DNA of 64,000 nucleotides from Candidatus Hydrogenedentota bacterium (GCA_045863295.1 BTWA01000018.1:50170-114169); one strand, 5' to 3'; shown: positions 1 through 10,541, counted from the first letter of the stretch. Notes: generated by a model from the sequence alone, not told the origin. Numbers and translations: made by a program.

Positions 1-2
1 AC

Positions 3-959
3 GACGTCAGCCGTCTGATCGACGGACTCGTGAATTCGCCATATGGCGAAGACATGTCGGAAGCGCTCGGGCGTTTCAAAGGTGCAGATGCCGTGGAAGA
101 GGCCGTGTCTCGAAACCTGGTTAAGACGTTGCAGAAGTTGAACCGGTTGCTGCGAGATGAATGGGGCGAACTGATCTCCACGTTCCTGCATCGATGGGAT
201 CTATTGGCCGTCAAGTCGCTCTTGCGCCTGCGCCACACGGGAATTGATGAACGCGAGGGCGAACTGGCCTTGTGTCCTGGGCCCACTTTGACGCTCGCGC
301 TGATGCATTCCTTTGCACAGCGAGGATCTATGGAGGAACTCGTTGGCGCACTGGTCGCATGGAATCCGGATATCTGCGGCGGTCTCAATACCGGACTTGC
401 GGAGTACCAAAGCACGGGCCACATTCGAGTGCTTGAAGATGCCCTCGACCGGGCTTACTACTCGGGCAAGTACAAGACCTTGTCTTCTAGCGAAGATGAA
501 AACACCCAAATGGTCCGTAAAATGCTCGGCATGGAAATCGATCGCATAAATATTCGCATGATGCTGCATTTAAACGGATCTGGCGGGTCTCCGGAGGATC
601 GTCTGGCGCGATTGCTTCCTGGCGGCACATTGCGCCAACAGGTTCTGCGCGACATGGCATTTGCCAAGACAGCCGAAGGAGTCGTTGAGCAATTAGGTTC
701 GACCATTTACGCGGACCTCGTTCAACGGCTATTCGTGTTCATACAGACCGGGCGTTTCTCGCCGATGGAACGTTTTTTCGAAATTCTAATGATCAACGAA
801 CTGAAGCGCGACACCCGCATACATGTCTTTAGCCTCGCGGTCCTGATGCAGTTCGTCTGGCTCAAAAACAACGAAGTAGTCAATCTTCGGATGATTGCGC
901 GCGGCGAATCCCAGCACTTGCCCAAGGCGCGCGTGCGCGAGGAGGTGCAATATGCCTAA
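3..959 (+). CDS. V/A-type ATP synthase subunit C (5'-truncated by window edge)
   Basis: Frame is open from nt 3. C-subunit-like motifs (WDLLAVKSLLR, EIDRINIRMML, KNNEVVNLRMIARG). Directly upstream of subunits F/A/B/D. Confidence 0.85.
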   Translation, partial: DVSRLIDGLVNSPYGEDMSEALGRFKGADAVEEAVSRNLVKTLQKLNRLLRDEWGELISTFLHRWDLLAVKSLLRLRHTGIDEREGELALCPGPTLTLALMHSFAQRGSMEELVGALVAWNPDICGGLNTGLAEYQSTGHIRVLEDALDRAYYSGKYKTLSSSEDENTQMVRKMLGMEIDRINIRMMLHLNGSGGSPEDRLARLLPGGTLRQQVLRDMAFAKTAEGVVEQLGSTIYADLVQRLFVFIQTGRFSPMERFFEILMINELKRDTRIHVFSLAVLMQFVWLKNNEVVNLRMIARGESQHLPKARVREEVQYA

Positions 960-1272
960 TGTCGTGGCAATTGCGAATGGTCACGTAGCATTGAAGCTGG
1001 GATTGACAGGCATTTTCGTTGAACACGCTTCGGATGTGCATCAGGCTCAGGAGTCACTCGTGAAGAACCTGGAAGGTGACGCGGACGTTTTGGTTATCCA
1101 GGATGAGTTTCGCGATCAGTTTTCCGAATGGCACAAGGAGCAACTCAGACGCCACCGCGGTACGCCTCTGGTTGTGTTTTGTCCTTCGTTTTCCGAGGAG
1201 AATTCCAATGTGGACGCCTATATTTCGGCGGTGCTCAAGCCCGCAATCGGATATGAAATTCGACTGGATTAA
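952..1272 (+). CDS. V/A-type ATP synthase subunit F
   Basis: ATG at 952 after GGAGG. About 106 aa, with LGLTGI near the start and AIGYEI at the C-terminus. Lies between C and A. Confidence 0.8.
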   Translation: MPNVVAIANGHVALKLGLTGIFVEHASDVHQAQESLVKNLEGDADVLVIQDEFRDQFSEWHKEQLRRHRGTPLVVFCPSFSEENSNVDAYISAVLKPAIGYEIRLD

Positions 1273-1311
1273 ACCCCTCGGGCATTAGTGCCCGGTATGG
1301 AGCGGAGACTT

Positions 1312-3111
1312 ATGGCGACAACGGGAACCAATAGCGCTGTCGGGAAACTGACCCGGATTTCCGGCCCGATGATCAGCGCCAACGGAATGCTGGGCGTGTC
1401 GATGGGCGAAATCGTGCGCGTCGGCAAAATGGGACTCATCGGCGAGGTTATACGGATCGACAAGGATACGATCTTTGCCCAGGTGTTCGAAGACACCTCC
1501 GGCATGTATCTTGGCGAGGAAGTGATACCCACAGGAGAGCCCCTCTCCGTGGAGTTGGGACCCGGCCTGCTGGGATCTACCTACGACGGCATTCAACGCC
1601 CCTTGATCACGTTGCAGCAACAATCCGGCGACTTCATCGATCGCGGCTTAACGGCCGTTGCATTGGATCGGTCGAAAAAGTGGGTGTTTAAACCTCTCAA
1701 GCACGTCGGCGATAAGGTTGTCGGGGGTGACGTGATTGGCACCGTGCAAGAAACCGAACACCTCGTGCATAAAATTCTCGTTCCTCCGCGTGTTTCCGGG
1801 ACAATTCAGAGCATTGTTGGCGAAGGTCAATATACCATCGAACAGCCGGTGGCCAAGCTCGATAACGGTCAGGATCTCAAGCTCTACCACACGTGGCCGG
1901 TGAAGCGGCAACGCCCTGTAGCGAAACGGCTTGGTTCGAACGAGCTTTTTGCAACGGGACAGCGAGTCTTGGATTTTCTGTTCCCAATCTCTCTTGGCGG
2001 ATCCGCCATTGTTCCCGGCGGTTTTGGCGCGGGCAAAACGGTCGTGGAGCAGAGTTTATCCAAATTCTGCAATGCCGACATCATCGTCTATGTGGGTTGC
2101 GGTGAGCGTGGTAACGAAATGGCCGACGTGTTGGACGAATTCCCACATCTTGAAGATCCTAAGTTCGGCGGCCCGCTGATGAACCGCACCATTCTGGTGG
2201 TCAACACTTCAAACATGCCCGTGGCCGCGCGCGATGCGTCCGTATACACGGGCATTACTCTGGCCGAATACTACCGCGACCAAGGGTATAATGTCGCGTT
2301 GATGGCGGATAGTACCTCGCGTTGGGCCGAGGCCTTGCGCGAAATTTCCTCGCGGTTGGAAGAAATGCCCGGGGAAGAAGGATATCCCACGTATTTGGCC
2401 GCGCGCATTTCCGAATTCTACGAACGTGCCGGACGCGCCGTAGCCGCTGGATCAGACGCCTCGGGGGACAATGCCCGTGTGGGTTCCGTGACCGTGGTGG
2501 GCGCGGTTTCGCCTCCCGGCGGTGACTTCTCCGAACCCGTCACGCAAACTTCGATGCGCGTGGCAGGCGGCTTGTGGGCGCTCGATTCCGCGCTTGCCTA
2601 TAGCCGTCACTATCCGTCCGTAAACTGGAATCGCAGCTACACGCTTTACAAGAACGAGCTGGACGGCTGGTTTGAAAAGAACGCGCCCAAAGGATGGGCA
2701 GGTTTCCGTCAACGGATTGCCACCTTGCTGCAACGCGACGCCGAGTTGCAGGAGGTCGTTCAGTTGGTCGGACCCGACGCACTCCAGGACCACGAGCGAC
2801 TCATTCTTGACGTGTCCCGAATGATTCGTGAATTCTTCTTGCAGCAGAACGCCTACTCCGCGAACGACGCTTATTGCAGCCTCGAAAAGGCGGCTGGTAT
2901 CGTCGAAGCCATTCTCACGTACTATGACGAAAGCCATCGCATACTGGACTCGGGAATCATGCTGGCCCGCGTTCAAGAACTTCCCGCGCGCGAAGAAGTG
3001 GGCCGCATGCGTGAAGTCAATAGCAACGACTATCCCGCCCACAAAGATAAAGTCATTGCCAACATGAAGTCGATCATGGCGGAACTCGCCGCCGCGACGA
3101 GGGGTAACTAA
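1312..3111 (+). CDS. atpA: V/A-type ATP synthase catalytic subunit A
   Basis: Walker A GGFGAGKT, YVGCGERGNEM, NTSNMPVAAR, DSTSRWAEALREIS, MPGEEGYP. Confidence 0.97.
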   Translation: MATTGTNSAVGKLTRISGPMISANGMLGVSMGEIVRVGKMGLIGEVIRIDKDTIFAQVFEDTSGMYLGEEVIPTGEPLSVELGPGLLGSTYDGIQRPLITLQQQSGDFIDRGLTAVALDRSKKWVFKPLKHVGDKVVGGDVIGTVQETEHLVHKILVPPRVSGTIQSIVGEGQYTIEQPVAKLDNGQDLKLYHTWPVKRQRPVAKRLGSNELFATGQRVLDFLFPISLGGSAIVPGGFGAGKTVVEQSLSKFCNADIIVYVGCGERGNEMADVLDEFPHLEDPKFGGPLMNRTILVVNTSNMPVAARDASVYTGITLAEYYRDQGYNVALMADSTSRWAEALREISSRLEEMPGEEGYPTYLAARISEFYERAGRAVAAGSDASGDNARVGSVTVVGAVSPPGGDFSEPVTQTSMRVAGGLWALDSALAYSRHYPSVNWNRSYTLYKNELDGWFEKNAPKGWAGFRQRIATLLQRDAELQEVVQLVGPDALQDHERLILDVSRMIREFFLQQNAYSANDAYCSLEKAAGIVEAILTYYDESHRILDSGIMLARVQELPAREEVGRMREVNSNDYPAHKDKVIANMKSIMAELAAATRGN

Positions 3112-3113
3112 CC

Positions 3114-4535
3114 ATGAGCCAAGATCTGCTTCAGAAGGAATTCTGGGACGTAACGTATATTTCCGGCCCGCTCATCTTCCTTGGAAGTGGCGGACGTTTT
3201 CCGACTGGCTCCATTCTGAATCTTCAATTGGAAAACGGCGAGACTCGGCAAGGTCAGGTCCTGGAAACTAGCAAGACGCACGCAGTCGTACAAGTGCTCC
3301 AAGGTACTCAGGGATTGGACGTAAAAGGCGTGTCGGTCTCTTTGGCCGACGAAAGCGCGCGTATCGCGCTGTCCAAGGATCTCATCGGACGCCGCTTCAA
3401 CGGCACGGGAACTCCGATTGACGGGTTGCCTCCGGTAGTGGCGGAAAAGGAATTGCCCATTGTGGGTGCCGCCATCAACCCGGTGTCACGCAACAAGCCC
3501 AATGACTTCATCGAGACCGGTGTAAGCGCTATCGACGGATTCAACACACTCGTACGCGGCCAAAAGCTGCCGATTTTCTTTGGTTCCGGTCTGCCCGCCA
3601 ATGAAATTGCGGCGTTCGTGGCGCAAAACGCGTCCACACGCGGCGAAGGCGAAGAATTCGTGGTGGTGTTCGGCGCCATGGGGCTGACGGATCGTGAAGC
3701 ATCTTTTTTCATCCGTTCGTTCGAAGAGGGCGGCCGTGGCTCTCGCGTGGTGGCCTTTATCAACAAGGCAAACGATCCCGCGATCGAGCGTATCTTCACA
3801 CCGCGATGCGTGCTGACCGTTGCGGAATACCTGGCGTTTGAACACGGCTACCACGTGTTGGCGATTCTAACTGATATGACGAGTTATTGTGAGGCCTTGC
3901 GGGAGATATCAAGTGCGCGCGAGGAAATCCCCGGCCGACGCGGGTATCCCGGTTATATGTACACGGACTTGTCGACGATATACGAACGCGCAGGCCGTAT
4001 TCACGGGCGTTCCGGCTCCGTGACGCAGATGCCCATGTTGACGATGCCGGACGACGACATCACGCATCCGATTCCCGACTTGACGGGGTATATCACCGAA
4101 GGTCAGATCGTGCTTGGCCGCTCGCTGCACCGTCAGGGCGTCTTCCCGCCGGTGGATTTGCTGCCGTGTCTATCGCGCCTTATGAACAATGGTATTGGCG
4201 ATGGACGTACACGCAAAGAACACCGCGAATGGGCAAACCAGCTGTACGCGAGTTACGCGCACGGCCGGAATATTCGCAAACTCGTTGCCATCGTGGGCGA
4301 GGATGCACTTGGCGAACTGGACATCAAGTATCTTCGTTTCGCCGAAGCGTTTGAGCGCGAGATGGTGGGGCAGGGCACGGTACGCCGTACGATCGATGAT
4401 ACCATGGAGTTGGGCTGGAAATTGCTCAGCATGTTGCCCCGTTCCGAGCTGACCCGCGTACGAAAAGAATATATCGATCAGTTCTATGCCCCGGCCGGCG
4501 ATCAGGTCAAGGAAGCCGAGAAGGCAAAGGCATAG
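3114..4535 (+). CDS. atpB: V/A-type ATP synthase subunit B
   Basis: TLVRGQKLPIF, ALREISSAREEIPGRRGYPGYMYTDL, DDITHPIPDLTGYITEGQI. Confidence 0.97.
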   Translation: MSQDLLQKEFWDVTYISGPLIFLGSGGRFPTGSILNLQLENGETRQGQVLETSKTHAVVQVLQGTQGLDVKGVSVSLADESARIALSKDLIGRRFNGTGTPIDGLPPVVAEKELPIVGAAINPVSRNKPNDFIETGVSAIDGFNTLVRGQKLPIFFGSGLPANEIAAFVAQNASTRGEGEEFVVVFGAMGLTDREASFFIRSFEEGGRGSRVVAFINKANDPAIERIFTPRCVLTVAEYLAFEHGYHVLAILTDMTSYCEALREISSAREEIPGRRGYPGYMYTDLSTIYERAGRIHGRSGSVTQMPMLTMPDDDITHPIPDLTGYITEGQIVLGRSLHRQGVFPPVDLLPCLSRLMNNGIGDGRTRKEHREWANQLYASYAHGRNIRKLVAIVGEDALGELDIKYLRFAEAFEREMVGQGTVRRTIDDTMELGWKLLSMLPRSELTRVRKEYIDQFYAPAGDQVKEAEKAKA

Positions 4536-4584
4536 ACGGGCGGATTCGCGGGCACACCCGGCCCGCACGCATCGGGAGCACGAG

Positions 4585-5244
4585 ATGACAGGCGAATCCA
4601 TCGCACCAACGCGAATGAACATGCTGGCCCGCAAGGCCCAGATCAAGCTCGCCGCCGACGGCGTTACGCTATTGGAAGGTAAGCGAGAGGCCTTGTTAAA
4701 GGAACTGATCAAACGCGCCAAGGAACTGCGGTCCCTCCGAAACGAGTTGCATTTGCGCGGGCGGATGGCCGTGTCTTCGCTGGCTATCGCGCGGGCTGTG
4801 TGCGGTTCCCGTGAAGTGCGTTCCACAGCGGTCGCAGGGCGTCGTGAACTTCAATTGCGCGTAAAGACTGAAAAGGTGTGGGGACTGCATTTGGGCGATG
4901 TGGACCAGGAAAACGTTGTCCGACATGTACTTGACCGGCCCATCGGTGGATACGACACATCCTCACACGTTGTCGAGGCGGCAGAGTCCTCGGAACGCAT
5001 GCTGGAACAGCTGCTCGTATGCGCACCCAAGGAATTGAACCTTCAGATTATCGGCGAGGAAGTGCGAAAAGTCAGCCGTCGAATAAACGCTTTGAATGAG
5101 TATTTGCTGCCCAAGCTACGGTTCGAAGTGCGGACCATTGCGCGTGTATTGGACGAGCGTGAGCGCGAAGACACGTTTCGCCTGAAACGAATCAAAAAGA
5201 AAAATGCTGAGAAGAAGGCGGCGGCGGCCGCAGCCTTGGGCTGA
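4585..5244 (+). CDS. atpD: V/A-type ATP synthase subunit D
   Basis: PTRMNML...LLEGKREAL at the N-terminus; RRINALNEYLLPKL...LDEREREDTFRLKRIK at the C-terminus. Confidence 0.92.
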   Translation: MTGESIAPTRMNMLARKAQIKLAADGVTLLEGKREALLKELIKRAKELRSLRNELHLRGRMAVSSLAIARAVCGSREVRSTAVAGRRELQLRVKTEKVWGLHLGDVDQENVVRHVLDRPIGGYDTSSHVVEAAESSERMLEQLLVCAPKELNLQIIGEEVRKVSRRINALNEYLLPKLRFEVRTIARVLDEREREDTFRLKRIKKKNAEKKAAAAAALG

Positions 5245-5304
5245 AGCCCACATCCAGATTCAGAACGCGGACGACACACATCGGGCAAGGAGTGGTGCTA
5301 AACA

Positions 5305-5787
5305 ATGTTACTTGGCGAGTTGTTACACGAGGGCGTCATCGTCACGAACCTCAAAGCCAGCAACAAATTCGAAGCCATTGAAGAGCTGCTAGATACCCTC
5401 GTTTCGGCACACGAAATCTCCATGACCACACGTGACGACGTCTACAACTCCATCTGGAAGCGGGAAGATTCCATGACGACGGGGATGGAGCATGGCGTGG
5501 CTGTGCCACACGGAACCACCGACAAGGTGGAGGATGTAGTCGCCGCTTTGGGCATATCTCCAAACGGCATACCGTACGATACCTTAGATGGTCTTCCGGC
5601 ACGGCTCATTCTGTTGCTGGTTCTTCCTCGGCGCAATTTTCATGGGCACGTCCGTACAATGGCCGGTATTGCCCATCTTTTGGCCAATGCAACGCTAAGG
5701 GACCAATTAAAGAAGGCTTCCACTGCGGATCATGTGATCAAGCTGATCGAGACCGAAGAAGACAAATCGGGCCTTCACGGAAAATAG
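5305..5787 (+). CDS. PTS EIIA (Ntr/fructose-type) domain protein
   Basis: RE-x-SMTTGMEHGVAVPHG motif with the phospho-acceptor His; GIPYDTLDG. AGGAG RBS. Confidence 0.88.
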   Translation: MLLGELLHEGVIVTNLKASNKFEAIEELLDTLVSAHEISMTTRDDVYNSIWKREDSMTTGMEHGVAVPHGTTDKVEDVVAALGISPNGIPYDTLDGLPARLILLLVLPRRNFHGHVRTMAGIAHLLANATLRDQLKKASTADHVIKLIETEEDKSGLHGK

Positions 5788-6000
5788 TTACAGCATGCCC
5801 AATCGTCTGCAGGGCGGGCGGACGCGCGGAAATTGGACTCTGCATAAGGGTAGGGGGTTCAATGCGGTGCCTGGGAATTATGCGACGATTGCAGCCTGCC
5901 GAGATAACCAAACAGTCGCAGGTATCCCAGATTGTTTGCGTCGCATCTGGTAGCAGAATTCAACAGCGGATTATGAGTGAATTGAAAGCCGCGGCCCAGT

Positions 6001-6795
6001 TTACCGAAGCCCCAACACATCCTGCATGTCATAGAGTCCAGGCTTCGCCGCCAACGCAAATTGCGCCGCGCGCAAAGCCCCTTTCGCAAACGTGTCCCTG
6101 TTGTGTGCACGGTGCGTAAGTTCTATGCGTTCGCCCTGGCCAATGAAATAAACGGTGTGATCGCCGACTACATCCCCGCCGCGTACCGCATGCATGCCGA
6201 TTTCCACCTGCGGCCGCTCCCCGACAATCCCTTCCCGGCCGTGCTTCACGTGGTCGTTGTAGTTCATCCCCAACGATTCCGCGACACATTCGGCCAGCCT
6301 TTTTGCCGTCCCGCTGGGGCTGTCTTTTTTGAGCCTGTGATGCGTTTCGACTATTTCAACGTTGTAGTCAAGACCCAGTACCCCCGCAACTTCGCTCGCG
6401 AGTTTGAATAGCAGATTCACGCCGACGCTTGTGTTCGGCGCGAAGACCACCGGCACCATATGGGCGCTTGCCGCAATGTCGCTCGCTTGAGCGTCGCTTA
6501 GTCCGGTCGTGCCCACCACGGCTGGTTTTTCCAATTCAGCTGCTGCATGCACGTTGGCCACAGCGGCTGCCGGAGAGCTGAAGTCAATTAAGACATCGGC
6601 TTTCAATAGGGCCTCCAGTGGGTCCGACGAAAGTACAAGCGATACTGCCCGGCCGCTTTCGGCGCCAATAGTAACAGTCGTGCCCGCGAGTTCGCGGCGT
6701 TCAAGCCCCGCCGCGATTTCAAGCCCATCGGCCATTGCCAATTCCATAATGCGCCGGCCCATGCGTCCGCCCGCGCCTGCCATGCATATTCTCAC
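6001..6795 (-). CDS. dapB: 4-hydroxy-tetrahydrodipicolinate reductase
   Basis: GAGGRMG, VVGTTG, ETHHRLKKDSPSGTA, RGGDVVGDH. Confidence 0.97.
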   Translation of the reverse strand: MRICMAGAGGRMGRRIMELAMADGLEIAAGLERRELAGTTVTIGAESGRAVSLVLSSDPLEALLKADVLIDFSSPAAAVANVHAAAELEKPAVVGTTGLSDAQASDIAASAHMVPVVFAPNTSVGVNLLFKLASEVAGVLGLDYNVEIVETHHRLKKDSPSGTAKRLAECVAESLGMNYNDHVKHGREGIVGERPQVEIGMHAVRGGDVVGDHTVYFIGQGERIELTHRAHNRDTFAKGALRAAQFALAAKPGLYDMQDVLGLR

Positions 6796-6796
6796 G

Positions 6797-7666
6797 TTAA
6801 ATCAACCCCAACTGCTTGAGCACGGTTTCCAATTTCTTGAACGGCTCCGGGCGCATCGGCGTTAGCGGAAGCCGCAACACGTTTTCGCACAAGCCCATGG
6901 CCGCGAGCGAAGCCTTGACTGGCATCGGGTTAGTCTCCAAAAACAACGCCTTGAAAAGCGGCAGCATTGCGTAGTGGATCTTCCGCGCCTCGGCGAGGTC
7001 GCCACGATCAAATGCGGCGCACATCTTCGCCATCGGCGCGGGCACTACATTGGCAGCAACTGAAATCACGCCCTTGGCGCCCACCGCCATCATGGGAAGC
7101 GTCAGGGAATCGTCGCCTGAAAGCACCGTAATACCGCATTGCGAGACGATTTGCGACACCTGATCCACACTGCCCGCCGCTTCCTTTACTGCGCTAATGT
7201 TCTTGTACTGGGAGAGCGCCGCAATGGTCTCCGGCGTCATGTTCGTACCCGTACGGCTAGGCACGTTGTAAAGAACAATAGGAATATCTACCTGTTCCGC
7301 GATGAGTCTGTAGTGCGCAATCTGGCCTTCGGGCGTGGGCTTGTTGTAATACGGGGTAATCAACAGCGCGCCGTCCGCGCCAGCGTCTTTGGCGAATTGG
7401 GTAAGCCGCAACGCTTCACGCGTATTGTTCGAACCCGTGCCCGCGATTACGGGTACCCGTCCCGCAATGCGTTCAAGGGCGAAGCGAATACACTGTTCCT
7501 GCTCTTCGTGCGAAAGCGTTGCGGCTTCGCCCGTGCACCCGCAGGGCACGATTCCGTCCGTACCTTGATCCAATTGAAAATCTATCAACCGCGCATAGGC
7601 GTCGAAATCAATATCATAGTTAGACTTGAATGGCGTGGCTATGGCCACAATGGAACCACGAAACAT
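6797..7666 (-). CDS. dapA: 4-hydroxy-tetrahydrodipicolinate synthase
   Basis: GCTGEAATL, PYYNKP, LYNVPSRTG, AVKEA (Schiff-base Lys), NPMPVK. Confidence 0.97.
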   Translation of the reverse strand: MFRGSIVAIATPFKSNYDIDFDAYARLIDFQLDQGTDGIVPCGCTGEAATLSHEEQEQCIRFALERIAGRVPVIAGTGSNNTREALRLTQFAKDAGADGALLITPYYNKPTPEGQIAHYRLIAEQVDIPIVLYNVPSRTGTNMTPETIAALSQYKNISAVKEAAGSVDQVSQIVSQCGITVLSGDDSLTLPMMAVGAKGVISVAANVVPAPMAKMCAAFDRGDLAEARKIHYAMLPLFKALFLETNPMPVKASLAAMGLCENVLRLPLTPMRPEPFKKLETVLKQLGLI

Positions 7667-7837
7667 GAACGTCTCCCGGCTGCGGCAAGGCCGCTCTTAC
7701 ATGGAAGTGAAATAGGGACGCCGGTGCCAACCGCGCCCAAGAATAGCGCGTATTCTAGCACTCCAAAGTGCCCATAACCAACATGCCCGGCATGCATATC
7801 GAACCCCAGTGGGATTGCAAGGTGCTCCTCACCCCGC

Positions 7838-10150
7838 TCAGGGTGTGAACACGTCCGGGCCGGGAGAGAATGGTGAGGACGGACTGGCAACGAACGAAAG
7901 TATGTCACGAAAATTCGGCAGGGCCGGATCACTATACTCAATACGCCAGGGGCCTTCTTTGTTCGTAAAGGTCAGCCATACTTCGCCGCTTTCAGTTCGG
8001 GGGAAAAAGGCCTCCGAATCCGCACGGGCACCGTCCCAGACGGCGATGCCGCTGAACCGGACATAAACCGAGACACGAATTTGCTCGTCTGTGGTCACTT
8101 TGCTGAAGTCCCAGGCGCGGATTTGCCGGTCCATCCGGCAGAAATCGTACTTCTCAAAGAACCACTGGTACGCACGCTTCACATACGCGAACGGCCAAAG
8201 TTGCGGATCCTGGTAGTCTTGAGTATACAGCTCTGTAACCACATCCAGGCGTTCTTCCCGAAAAGCCGATTCCCAATCTTCAATACGTTTCACGATGGTC
8301 TCGGCCTCGCCTTTGAATTCAGCCGGCACCCCATCGTAATTGGGCCACCAAGGAACGTCCACCGGCGGCGCGACCGGCTGGTCCAACGATTGGCTGACTC
8401 CAGCATCCAGCAATTCCGTCAATAAGACTTCTTCCGCAAGGCGGCTTTCCACTACGCTAAAAGCGAGATACTCGCCGTAGTTGACCGTACCCTCGTACAC
8501 TTCCTTTTGACTGGCGAGGCCTGTCGTGATAGCGGATATCGCGTACGAGGCAGGGGTTGTGCCTGTTACGGACGTGTCCACCCACGAGTAACTCTCGGTC
8601 ACCTCCGCTATAGCGACAAACGGCCCTTCCAGACCATTGGCCCTGCGGTAAATGCGAAACGCGACGTCGTCTTCGCGTCGCGTCCAGTCAAGGCGTACTC
8701 CATTTGCCTGGCGCGTCGCCGTCAGCCCGCGAAGAGGTGAAGGCATGTCGGGTATGCGGTAAGTCTGCTCCTCGTAAGCATTTTCGCGCGTATGCATCAC
8801 GAACACGCCTCGAGCTATTCGCGCGGCGAATGCTGTGCCAGAGGCATCTGGAACATAGTGCTGATCCAGTAAAGCAGTCCAATCTGCCGGCGAGACAATC
8901 TCTCCCGGGCGCACCACCCGGGCAAATCCCGCAAGCGAATCAGCTAGCGCATAGGGTGATAAGATGGGCACCCAAAAATGTCTGCCCGAATTCAAAACCA
9001 ACTCAGAAACCTGCCCTGGCCGCTCCATTCCGTACGCGCCATGAATCAGGTGTCCGGCGTCCAGAACGCCGTCCGCATCCGCCAGATTGCTGTGAAATGC
9101 AAGCGCATCGCGGGAATTGCTCATCTGAAAGCCAATTACGCACTTCTTCCGGACAAACTCCTTCGGCGCGACAAGACTTTTCTCCAAGACCTCGCGAAGT
9201 GTGGGGGCAATGGCCGAATCCCAAAAGAGGCGGTGCTGTCCCGACCACAAATCCTTGCCACGGGGAAATGAATATACCGTGGCGCCTCCCATCGCACCGT
9301 TGAGAATCATCGCCCGATAAAAAGACGGAGGCATGGTCGCCGCATTCGAATTGGGGCCAAACACGCCAGGACGCACAAACCGAGCCGATGTATACCAGTT
9401 GGAAGTTGCAGAAACGCCCCAATGCGCTGCGCTCTCCTCGAGCCATAGCCCCATCAACGCCATTTGCCTCGTTGTAGTATGGCCATCGGTATGCGCGTTC
9501 AATGGCAATACGTACCCTTTGCACTCGCGAAGTGTCTGGAACAACGGTGCGCACCAGTTGTTCGACATTACGCGCAGCCAGCCAACCCGATCCAATTCTA
9601 ACGCCGTAAACCTGCCATATGTCCGGGTCAACCGAAGCACCTCGGAAGTCCAGCGCACTACTGGCGGAGTTCCCAAATCCTGTGCCGCTCCAAATGCGTA
9701 GTAGTCTTCAAATACCAATCCCGATACATACCAGCCCTTCAGATTCGTGTAATCGCGCAGCAATTCTTCAACCAGCGGCAGCGGATGAAAAAACGCAGGG
9801 TCGCCATCAGTCAATTGGACGGCTACCGGAATATCCGAGGCACGAACCGTATCCAATATCGCGCGAAGACGCCCGTGGCGGCTCACTACATCAAATGCGC
9901 CAACCCGAACGATCAATGCGCTATACGGCTTCAGGTCATCAGGCAGGGATAGCCACGTGGTTATCACGGCGTTGGCGTATGTCTCTGCGGGAGCTTCGGG
10001 TTCCGCGTCGATTCCAAACAGGAACAGCGGATGTACATCCAGAATCTCCACCGATGGTTGAGGGACCGGATCCTCTGCCCATGCGGTGGCCATGGACAGG
10101 ATCAGAATCTGTAAACAGAGTCTGCTCAATGAGTTAAATCGGCGAAACAT
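7838..10150 (-). CDS. Secreted GH98-like protein with FN3-like and C-terminal SnoaL/NTF2-like regions
   Basis: Signal peptide from the ATG at 10150. LPDDLKPY, GLWL...WG, GGATVYSF and VMHTREN resemble GH98 as recalled. FN3-like LTATRQANGVRLDW...FRIYR...YAISAI. Confidence 0.55.
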   Translation of the reverse strand: MFRRFNSLSRLCLQILILSMATAWAEDPVPQPSVEILDVHPLFLFGIDAEPEAPAETYANAVITTWLSLPDDLKPYSALIVRVGAFDVVSRHGRLRAILDTVRASDIPVAVQLTDGDPAFFHPLPLVEELLRDYTNLKGWYVSGLVFEDYYAFGAAQDLGTPPVVRWTSEVLRLTRTYGRFTALELDRVGWLRVMSNNWCAPLFQTLRECKGYVLPLNAHTDGHTTTRQMALMGLWLEESAAHWGVSATSNWYTSARFVRPGVFGPNSNAATMPPSFYRAMILNGAMGGATVYSFPRGKDLWSGQHRLFWDSAIAPTLREVLEKSLVAPKEFVRKKCVIGFQMSNSRDALAFHSNLADADGVLDAGHLIHGAYGMERPGQVSELVLNSGRHFWVPILSPYALADSLAGFARVVRPGEIVSPADWTALLDQHYVPDASGTAFAARIARGVFVMHTRENAYEEQTYRIPDMPSPLRGLTATRQANGVRLDWTRREDDVAFRIYRRANGLEGPFVAIAEVTESYSWVDTSVTGTTPASYAISAITTGLASQKEVYEGTVNYGEYLAFSVVESRLAEEVLLTELLDAGVSQSLDQPVAPPVDVPWWPNYDGVPAEFKGEAETIVKRIEDWESAFREERLDVVTELYTQDYQDPQLWPFAYVKRAYQWFFEKYDFCRMDRQIRAWDFSKVTTDEQIRVSVYVRFSGIAVWDGARADSEAFFPRTESGEVWLTFTNKEGPWRIEYSDPALPNFRDILSFVASPSSPFSPGPDVFTP

Positions 10151-10376
10151 GGTCGAGAGTCTACCCAACCGAATGTGCGTTGCACAACTACCTTTAACCG
10201 TATGTTTCCGTGTCATCTTCGTAACCATTACAAAGACATGAATACGCAAATTGCCGTGAAAGTTCGATTTACAGCAGATTTATCGCAGGCCCTGGAACAG
10301 GCTTAGCCTGCTTCGCGCGACGCAAAATTTGCGGTGAATGCCTGCCATTTGCTAGAATTCCGCTCTGCCTGACTAC

Positions 10377-10453
10377 GTACCCGTAGCTCAATTGGATAGA
10401 GTGCTTGGCTACGGACCAAGAGGTTGGGGGTTCAAATCCCTCCGGGTACGCCA
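10377..10453 (+). tRNA. tRNA-Arg (anticodon ACG)
   Basis: Acceptor stem GTACCCG/CGGGTAC, D arm GCTC..GAGT, anticodon arm CTTGG-CTACGGA-CCAAG, T loop TTCAAAT, encoded CCA. 77 nt. Confidence 0.97.
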
Positions 10454-10541
10454 TTTTTCCCTATTAACACCCTCACCATGGATTAACTGCGGCATGATTG
10501 CCCGAATTGTTCGCAAAGCGACGTCAGGGAGTCCGGGGACA

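Noticed and set aside
5871..5930. Imperfect inverted repeat (CTGGGA..TGCGAC/GTCGCA..TCCCAG) between convergent EIIA and dapB
   Set aside because: Short arms with a long loop and no recognisable RNA family. Could be chance or a simple terminator-like element.
10377..10453. tRNA-Arg as integration site of an island
   Set aside because: No integrase nearby, and I saw no duplicate of the tRNA 3' end in the window.
10392..10541. N-terminal extension of the sialidase ORF given in the ORF track
   Set aside because: It overlaps the tRNA. A later ATG (10542, or 10494) gives a normal signal peptide.
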